From: Vulcanimicrobiota bacterium
Lineage (GTDB): Bacteria > Vulcanimicrobiota > Vulcanimicrobiia > Vulcanimicrobiales > Vulcanimicrobiaceae
DNA: 64,000 bases
NCBI GenBank assembly: GCA_963714015.1
Contig: OY970223.1
Location: forward strand, 1,472,001-1,536,000
Direction of reading: 5' to 3'
A program made the translations under genes and the position numbers. Shown piece after piece: positions 57,607 to 64,000 of this stretch. The notes beneath the pieces are model-generated. The model was not told the DNA's origin, made no database searches, and saw only the letters and a list, made by a program, of their open reading frames with translations. The first letter of the stretch is position 1. Each line of letters starts with the position of its first letter.

Positions 57607-59268
57607 TTAACGTCGTTTGGTGGCGGTTTTCTTCGTGGCCGCCCGTTTCGCGGGCGTAGCCTTGCGTTTCGGAGCTGCGCTCTTCTTGCTTGGCGATTTC
57701 TTCGCGGACGTAGCTTTCTTCGCCGCCGCCTTTTTTACCGGCGCCGCTTTCTTTGCGGCAGCCTTCTTTGCCGGCGCAGCTTCTTTTTCGCAGGTGCCGC
57801 TTTCTTGGCGGGCGGCTTGGCGGCGCTGGTTTTGGCGACGGCCTTTACCGCTTTTGCTGCGGTCTTTTTGGCTGGCGGTGCAGCTTTCTTTGCCGGCACC
57901 AAAGCGGCCGCAGCCTTTGCCGGCTTGGCTTTGGATGCTGCGACGGGCGGCTTTGCGGGCGAGCGCGACGGCGGTTTGGGCGCCGGCTTGGGTGCCGGCT
58001 TTGGGACCGGCTTTGGTTCTTTGGCCGTCTTCGAGCTCTTTAGCGGCCTTGAGCTCTTTGGCAGCCTTCGGCGGCGTTTTCTCTTTTGCGGTTCCCTCGC
58101 CGGCCTGGTCTTTGACCGGTTTTTTGGTGACGCGCGCCGGACCGCTCGCGCGTTTGCGCGGGCCGGAGTCGTGACCCGTTTTTGACGCAGTCTGGCGTTC
58201 GCGCGCTTCTTCGGCCTCGTCACGTTCCGGAAGGCCGAGTTCGGCCCGGCCGAATCCGCTGATGCTGCTGCCCGGTTGCTGCACCGGTTCTTGCGATTTG
58301 ACTTGCTGAAGGTGCTCTTTGGTCGCGCGCAGCGCAACACGCGCCAAGCGGCCGTTCACGGGAAAGACGATTTCGTTGATCCCCGCCTCGTCGAGCAGTT
58401 TGAGAATCTCCGCGAAACCGTTTCCCTGATCTTTGGGGCTGTGCGCGTCGGAGCCGATGGCGATGCCGACGTTCTTCGCTTTGGCCTTTTTCATCAGACG
58501 CGCGAGCGCTTCGCGGTATTTTGCCTTGAGTTCTTGAGGGTTGTCGCGGTAAAGGTAGCGCGTGTTGATCTCGATCGCCATGCCGCGGGAAGCGCACGCG
58601 TCGAGCAGTCGATCCTCGTGCCGCTCGATTGCGGACGGCCAGTGGCCGAAGTTCGCCGGCGCGTAGAAATGTGCGAGGATATGGCCGGGAAGCTTTTCGA
58701 TGTCCTCGACCAGCTTGGCCATATACAGCTCCCAAACGCGTTCGGTCCCGACCACTTCGTAGAGATCGCGAAACTCCGCGTTGTCGAAAGCCCATTGCCA
58801 GTCCGGGCCCTTTTCGGGGTGTTCGATCGTCAGAAAGTGCACCGCGCGAAGCATTCCGTCGGGCCGCATGGCGTCGACGATGTTTTGCGCATCGGGTCTG
58901 GCGCGCGGATCGTTGTCGACTTCCGCGCCGATCGAAAACCGCATGCCGCGGCGTAAACCCTGCGATACTACAGCGGCATGCGCGACGTCTACGCCCGCGG
59001 TTTCTGCTGCGCCGTACAAATCGCCGGCTTCCGCAAGTTTGATCGCGCGCCGAACGGTGTGCACCGCTCCCGGATCCTCGAATGTGAGGTAGTTGATGTG
59101 ATCCGCGACCATCATGAACCGCGGAGAACCCCGGCGGCATGCATGATAGAACCACAAGAACAGCATGCGAGCCGAGTACGCGATCGGCCGCTCCTCGGCG
59201 AACGCTTTGTGCTCGCCTTTCGCGTGACCGTGCACGTCGGGGATGGCAGCGATACGCGGGTCGTTCAG
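57607..59268 (-). CDS. PHP-domain (HisJ/histidinol-phosphatase-like) protein with long Lys/Ala/Pro-rich histone-H1-like C-terminal tail
   Basis: DVHGH, ADH, GAEVD, AVH, AIEINT, IGSDAHSP; tail PAKKAAAKKAAPVKKAAAKK. Confidence 0.8.
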   Translation of the reverse strand: MNDPRIAAIPDVHGHAKGEHKAFAEERPIAYSARMLFLWFYHACRRGSPRFMMVADHINYLTFEDPGAVHTVRRAIKLAEAGDLYGAAETAGVDVAHAAVVSQGLRRGMRFSIGAEVDNDPRARPDAQNIVDAMRPDGMLRAVHFLTIEHPEKGPDWQWAFDNAEFRDLYEVVGTERVWELYMAKLVEDIEKLPGHILAHFYAPANFGHWPSAIERHEDRLLDACASRGMAIEINTRYLYRDNPQELKAKYREALARLMKKAKAKNVGIAIGSDAHSPKDQGNGFAEILKLLDEAGINEIVFPVNGRLARVALRATKEHLQQVKSQEPVQQPGSSISGFGRAELGLPERDEAEEARERQTASKTGHDSGPRKRASGPARVTKKPVKDQAGEGTAKEKTPPKAAKELKAAKELEDGQRTKAGPKAGTQAGAQTAVALARKAARRSIQSQAGKGCGRFGAGKESCTASQKDRSKSGKGRRQNQRRQAARQESGTCEKEAAPAKKAAAKKAAPVKKAAAKKATSAKKSPSKKSAAPKRKATPAKRAATKKTATKRR

Positions 59269-59978
59269 CGTTCTACTTCCTTTACGCCGCGGGGGATCCA
59301 CATCGGGGCGCTCTTCGCCGCGCGGGGCGCCGTACGCTCGGGTGTGCCGCGCCGATCGACCCAAGGTACGACCGTTTCGATGAGGACCTCGAGGGCGCGC
59401 TTCATCATCTCGAACGACATCGAGGGCGTGCTCTCCGGGCTCAGCACGGCCGCTTGGTTCGGTAAGAACGGCAAGTGCACGAGGCCCGCCACGATGGGCG
59501 GCGCGGCTGACTCGGCGGCACCCAGAAGTTCGTACAAGCCCTGGTTGCAGAGAAACGTGCCTGCCGAGTTAGACACGTATCCGGGGATACCGTTCTCGAC
59601 CCAGGCGGCAAGGATTTCGTTCAAGGGCAGCGTCGAGAGTCGCGCTTCAGGGCCGCCCCGCAGAATGCTGTCGTTCTTGCGCATTACGCCGACGTTGTCG
59701 GGCTGCGGAAAGTCCAGGACGTTGACGGCGAGGCGCTCAAGCGCCAACGACGCGCGTCCGCCGGCTTGACCAGTCAAGACGGCGATGTCGGGAGCCGTCT
59801 CGGTGATAGCGCGCTGCAGCCGTTCACCGATATTTCGAGTCTCGACCGGGAAAACCCGAACGGCAATAGGACGCCCCGCGAGGAGGCGTCCGTCAAAGCT
59901 GCGTGCGACGAGCGCACTGGGGTTGACTTTCTCGCCGCCGTACGGCTCGAAGCCCGCAATGAGGACGTGTTTGGCCAC
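59265..59978 (-). CDS. pcp: Pyroglutamyl-peptidase I
   Basis: GFEPYGGEKVNPS, GQAGGR, ERLAVN, SAGTFLCN, GLVHLP. Confidence 0.93.
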   Translation of the reverse strand: MAKHVLIAGFEPYGGEKVNPSALVARSFDGRLLAGRPIAVRVFPVETRNIGERLQRAITETAPDIAVLTGQAGGRASLALERLAVNVLDFPQPDNVGVMRKNDSILRGGPEARLSTLPLNEILAAWVENGIPGYVSNSAGTFLCNQGLYELLGAAESAAPPIVAGLVHLPFLPNQAAVLSPESTPSMSFEMMKRALEVLIETVVPWVDRRGTPERTAPRAAKSAPMWIPRGVKEVER

Positions 59979-60029
59979 CTTCTAAAAAGTTAACCGCAAT
60001 TGGCCGTTACCCTGTTGCCGAGCAGATGT

Positions 60030-60068
60030 AAAAGCAAATCGCTCCGCTGATGCGGAGCGATTGCTTTT
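60030..60068. terminator. Strong, probably bidirectional intrinsic terminator
   Basis: AAAAGCAAATCGCTCCGC-TGAT-GCGGAGCGATTGCTTTT inverted repeat with A/T tails. Confidence 0.75.
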
Positions 60069-60240
60069 GCTTCACGAAGGCAACGCCTATCCGGCGCAAC
60101 CTCCGATCATCGTTGAGCGAAAACTGTCCGTACTAACGATAACCACCTCCTCCGTCCGGCCGTTTGCCCTCGTTCGTCTCTCTCTGAGGGATCCGCGGAC
60201 TGATTTGCAGATCGAGTTCAGCGCCGGGGCGCTGGAACCT

Positions 60241-60972
60241 TCATCGCCCGTAGCCTTCCATCTTGAGCAGCCGAGCTTTCATTTCGACGCCGTAACCGTA
60301 GTTGTGCAGCGCTCCGCTGGAATCAACCACGCGATGGCACGGAAAAAAGAGCGGAAGGGGATTGCGCGCCATTACCTGGCCGACGGCTCGAGCTGCGCGC
60401 GGACGGCCGATCGTCTGAGCTACCCATGCGTAGCTGCGCACCTCGCCCGGTGGAATCTTGGCGGCTGCTTTGAGCGCTGCTTGCTCGAACGGCGTGAGAT
60501 CGCTGATGTCGACGACGCTTTCGTCGACGCGCCACGTACGGAAGAAGCCGTCGAAAAGATCTCCGAGCCACTGCGGCGTCTCTCCGGTGACCACCGGGCG
60601 GCGCAACCGGTGCTCGATGCGTTCGCGAACGGCCTCGAGCAGCTCGCCGCGATCCAATCCGATGTACGTAATTCGCGTTTCTTTGTAGCCCACGTGCACG
60701 CGGCCGATCGGCGTGTCGATGACGGTGAGCGTAATCGGCTCGTCCCGGTGGCGATGCTTCAGAACGGCGAGGTGCTCGACGACTTTCTTCGCCAAATCAC
60801 ACGACGGGATCGGCGGCGGCAAGCAGGAGAGGCAGTACGCCACGCCTTCGTATTCCTCGTACAGATCCTGGCAAGGCGGGCAGGTGTGCAAGTGGCCGAG
60901 AACGGCTTCGCGCATCGATTGATCGCCGTCGCGAATGTCATCCCACAGCGCCTCTACTTCACGACAGCGCAT
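60241..60972 (-). CDS. ogt: Zinc-finger (zf-HC2 anti-sigma-type) domain fused to methylated-DNA-protein-cysteine methyltransferase
   Basis: N-terminal C-x23-HLHTCPPC; C-terminal IPPGEVRSY, RAVG, PCHRV active site. Confidence 0.88.
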   Translation of the reverse strand: MRCREVEALWDDIRDGDQSMREAVLGHLHTCPPCQDLYEEYEGVAYCLSCLPPPIPSCDLAKKVVEHLAVLKHRHRDEPITLTVIDTPIGRVHVGYKETRITYIGLDRGELLEAVRERIEHRLRRPVVTGETPQWLGDLFDGFFRTWRVDESVVDISDLTPFEQAALKAAAKIPPGEVRSYAWVAQTIGRPRAARAVGQVMARNPLPLFFPCHRVVDSSGALHNYGYGVEMKARLLKMEGYGR

Positions 60973-61609
60973 GAACGGTTGCTCCTTGGGGCACGATTCT
61001 TCCGATCTGCGGGCCGAGAATTCTCCGCAGGATGCGCACGGCGCGGTGGACGTGCGATTTCACCGTCCCGATCGGTTGATCGAGAATCTCGGCTATCTCG
61101 GGGTGGCTGCGGCCTTCGATGAACCGGAGCGTCGCGGCAGCGCGCAAGTGCATCGGAAGCTGCAAGAGCGCTTGTTCGACCAGCGCCATGTCGGCGTTGC
61201 GCTCCAGAATGTTCTCCGGCTGCGGCGGCCCTTGGCGTGCCGAGCTGCGCAGGACGGCGTCCGCGTCCGCCATGGCATCCAACGCGACACTGGCCGGGCG
61301 CTTGCTGCGCAGACGGTTGCGCGTCACGTTGAGCGTAATCGTATAGAGCCACGGCTGCAGCCGCAGTTCCGACCGCTGCTCGGCGGACATCTTTGCGAGG
61401 GCGCGATAGGCTCGCACGAACGCGTCTTGGACGATTTCTTCGGCATCCTCGCGGTTGCCCGTCATACGCAAGGCAAAGCCGTACAGACGGCGCTGATACT
61501 CGTCGACGATCTCATCGAAACGCTCGATGCCCGGCGCGCCGGCGGCGGCCGTTCCTCGCGTGGCTGCGGTCAAGCTCTTGCTCGCCTTTTTCGGTGCCGC
61601 GGATGGCAC
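60959..61609 (-). CDS. ECF sigma-70 factor
   Basis: DAEEIVQDAFVRAY, WLYTITLN, EIAEILDQPIGTVKSHVHRA; SD GAGGGAG before GTG 61609. Confidence 0.92.
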   Translation of the reverse strand: MPSAAPKKASKSLTAATRGTAAAGAPGIERFDEIVDEYQRRLYGFALRMTGNREDAEEIVQDAFVRAYRALAKMSAEQRSELRLQPWLYTITLNVTRNRLRSKRPASVALDAMADADAVLRSSARQGPPQPENILERNADMALVEQALLQLPMHLRAAATLRFIEGRSHPEIAEILDQPIGTVKSHVHRAVRILRRILGPQIGRIVPQGATVHALS

Positions 61610-61870
61610 GATATACTCCCTCGTCAGGAGTGGCGCTGCGACGCTCATACACGCGTCCAGAACCACTGCGCGGTGCAAAGGTTTCACATCCTGGGTCTGG
61701 GTCCCTTACCCGCAAACGAGCGGTTAAGTTTCGAGCCGCCCGAAGGATGCCGGCTCAACGCTGGGCGAACTTCGTGACATGACGCCTCAAGCGTTCATGA
61801 ACACTTTCGAAAACCGCTGCGGCGCATCGAGCGCTCAGCGGTTTTCTGTTATAGAACGAGGTAGCGCGGT

Positions 61871-62263
61871 ATGGAACATGCGATCGAACCACGGGACATC
61901 TCTTTTGACGCCTACACCATGTGCAGCTTCCTCCCGAATCTCGACTCCTCGCGAGCGATTCCGCTGGTGCTGATCGGCTACCGTCATGGAGAAGATCCGT
62001 GGTTCGTTTGGCTCGTACCGAAAGAAGGCTTGGGCGCCGACGGCCTGACGGGCGATCCGTACTACGCCAAGGTTCTGCGCGATCCGCGCGGCTATTTCCT
62101 CAAGAAACTCGACAAATACGTCGAAGAAACCGGCAGTGTCCGGCGCGGCATAGAAATGCTGATCGACTGCCACCAAAACCACCTGGCCTTCACGCCTCTG
62201 GTTTCGCTCATCGAGCGGCCCTTTTCTCACCCGATGCGAGTGGAGCTTTCAGCCGCCGTTTAG
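61871..62263 (+). CDS. Hypothetical protein
   Basis: 130-aa ORF with SD GAGGT, divergent from the sigma gene; no motif recognised. Confidence 0.65.
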   Translation: MEHAIEPRDISFDAYTMCSFLPNLDSSRAIPLVLIGYRHGEDPWFVWLVPKEGLGADGLTGDPYYAKVLRDPRGYFLKKLDKYVEETGSVRRGIEMLIDCHQNHLAFTPLVSLIERPFSHPMRVELSAAV

Positions 62264-62349
62264 ACCTTTTTAGTTGTTGCCGCTTGGCGGCAGCATTCTC
62301 CGTCTCGGCCGCACACGCTTCAGCCGGGCATGCCGCTCCCAAACAAATG

Positions 62350-63111
62350 CTAGTGCGAGTCGGCTTCCGTTTGGGATGGACCGGAGTCGTCTGCTTTGAT
62401 GGTGCGTTTGTAGACGATTTTGACCGGCGAGGCGCGGCCGTGCTCTTGCAGCGTGCCGGAAATTGAGAGCGACTCGGTCAGGGCCAGCAGCAGCGAATCG
62501 CCGCGGAGGGCGTAATATGCGGTGCCGTTCATACGCATGGAGCCGCTGATTGACATCTGGGCGTGATCGGGGAGCGGTCCAACCATAGGTCCGGCGGCGT
62601 CGAAATCGACGGCGAGCGCGGGCCGTCCGCTCACGCGGGCGGTTTGGCCGCGTTCCAGATACCCGTGGAGCGTGCCGCCGGTCATTGGAGCCGGAAAGAC
62701 GAACGGCACTCGTCCGGAGAGGTGGAGCAAGTCATGCAGGGTCGAGCTGTCCAGTTCGATTGCAAAAGGCTGGTTAAGGACGGTCAGATAGTCCGGATCC
62801 AAGTCGGTCTTGTCGCGCAGTTCCCCCTGCGGCGTCATCTCCTGAACGAAGGTCGCCCGCGCCGTTACACTGCCGGCCACGTCGGCCCGCGTGTAGCGCG
62901 CCTGCGCGGTAAAGCGCGTGGAGCCGTCCTTGCGCGTGATGGCCAGTGTTTGCACGCCGCTGTAGGCGATGCTTGTGCGCAATTCTCCCTGGCCGATTTG
63001 GTAAGAGTCGTTACCGCTGACCAGGTAGCGCTGGTCCGCGGCCGCCGGAACCGCGAGCGAGAAGACCGCGGCGAGCCCGAAACCGGTGAATCGTTTGCCC
63101 CGAGAAGTGAT
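62350..63111 (-). CDS. Secreted hypothetical protein; start uncertain (ATC 63111 proposed)
   Basis: ORF 62350..62982 extends upstream in frame through a signal-peptide-like RGKRFTGFGLAAVFSLAVPAAA-DQ. Confidence 0.6.
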   Translation of the reverse strand: MTSRGKRFTGFGLAAVFSLAVPAAADQRYLVSGNDSYQIGQGELRTSIAYSGVQTLAITRKDGSTRFTAQARYTRADVAGSVTARATFVQEMTPQGELRDKTDLDPDYLTVLNQPFAIELDSSTLHDLLHLSGRVPFVFPAPMTGGTLHGYLERGQTARVSGRPALAVDFDAAGPMVGPLPDHAQMSISGSMRMNGTAYYALRGDSLLLALTESLSISGTLQEHGRASPVKIVYKRTIKADDSGPSQTEADSH

Positions 63112-63272
63112 GGCCCGCTCTCTTTCTAGGTGGTATCTCAGGAAAGGTTGTATCTATTATCCCAGGGATTTAGTTTTTGCGAAACGTCGGTTAGATACGT
63201 TTTCGTTGAAACTTTGCTGCCGATATTCTGGGTAGGGAGAAATGTGTACCTAATGAGGGGCTCGACCGAAGG

Positions 63273-64000
63273 ATGAAACCGCTGCGCATCGTCCTAGCGA
63301 TGGTGCTGGCGATAGCATTGCCCTTTGCCCCCGTTCCGGCCATGAGCGCCCCAACTGCTGAAATCCCGGCGACACCCGTGGCGGTTTCGACCACGCTGCA
63401 GCAAATTTATCAGCGCGCGTACGACGAGGCCTATAGCCGCCATGCCGTGGCCGAAGCCGACGGAACGACGTTTGTTTCGACTGGCGACATCGATATGGAG
63501 TGGCTGCGCGATTCGAGCGCGGTCATGACGCCGTACATCGGGCTGGGCCGCACGGACTCCTACGTCCGGACGATGCTGCGCGGCACGATTGCGCGGCAAG
63601 CCAAGTACATTCTCATCGACCCTTACGCAAACGCCTTTACCGAAAATTATCGCGTCGCCGAGCGCAAGTTCGAGATGGACTCGCTCCTGTATCCGATCTG
63701 GTTCTCGTACCTGTACTGGAAGGGGACCGGAGACCAATCGATTTTCACGCCCGAAGTGCAGCGCGCGTTCAAGACGATTCTCGTCACGTTGCGCACCGAG
63801 CAGAGGCACCACCAGCGCTCGCATTACCGCAACCCTGAATTGGCGAACGGCGGCATGGGTACGCCCGTTGCCTACACGGGTTTGGTGTGGACCGGTTTCC
63901 GTCCGTCCGACGATGCAGCGCGCTATCAATACAACATCCCGGACAACATGCTCGGCGTCGTCGTTCTTCGCGACCTGACCGAGATTGAGAAGGCGGTCTA
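63273..64000 (+). CDS. Glycoside hydrolase family 125 (metal-independent alpha-mannosidase-like), secreted; truncated by window edge
   Basis: Signal peptide; TFVSTGDIDMEWLRDSS, IDPYANAF, ERKFEMDSL, TGFRPSDDA, YNIPDNM. Confidence 0.88.
   Translation, partial: MKPLRIVLAMVLAIALPFAPVPAMSAPTAEIPATPVAVSTTLQQIYQRAYDEAYSRHAVAEADGTTFVSTGDIDMEWLRDSSAVMTPYIGLGRTDSYVRTMLRGTIARQAKYILIDPYANAFTENYRVAERKFEMDSLLYPIWFSYLYWKGTGDQSIFTPEVQRAFKTILVTLRTEQRHHQRSHYRNPELANGGMGTPVAYTGLVWTGFRPSDDAARYQYNIPDNMLGVVVLRDLTEIEKAV

Noticed and set aside
57607..58100. DNA tandem repeat in the PHP tail
   Set aside because: Imperfect repeats are explained by the low-complexity Lys/Ala/Pro protein sequence
60150..60200. c-di-GMP-I riboswitch (GGGCAAAC on minus strand)
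   Set aside because: No following GAAA tetraloop stem or GACGCAAAG segment

Overview
GC-rich bacterial chromosome segment, densely packed with about 65 mostly housekeeping or metabolic genes. They include tldD/pmbA, malic enzyme, trxB, pepP, glcD/E-like, futalosine mqnB/mqnD, queD/queE, a 2-oxo-acid dehydrogenase operon with two E1-alpha paralogues, cydAB, ETF-QO, thiO/S/G, pyrE-like, EF-G-like, pcp, an ECF sigma factor and a GH125 enzyme. I found no rRNA, tRNA, CRISPR array, transposase or integrase. A tentative impression, not established here, is an Eremiobacterota/Vulcanimicrobiota-like soil bacterium. Main observations: (1) A structured repeat is tandemly inserted at the overlapping E1alpha/E1beta junction (33124-33458). 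Each unit duplicates the SD/ATG/stop junction and encodes an in-frame mini-ORF, giving a MIRU-like relay of translational coupling; a diverged dispersed copy lies just upstream of a response regulator (4590-4660). (2) A BCP/PrxQ peroxiredoxin has an in-frame TGA at the peroxidatic Cys followed by a SECIS-like hairpin, so it is probably a selenoprotein. (3) An ECF sigma factor is coupled to a zinc-finger anti-sigma/O6-methylguanine methyltransferase fusion. (4) There is a DDAH-like pseudoenzyme and a PHP protein with a histone-H1-like tail. (5) About nine single-base frameshifts look like long-read assembly errors. All product calls come from motif recognition by eye, not from database searches.
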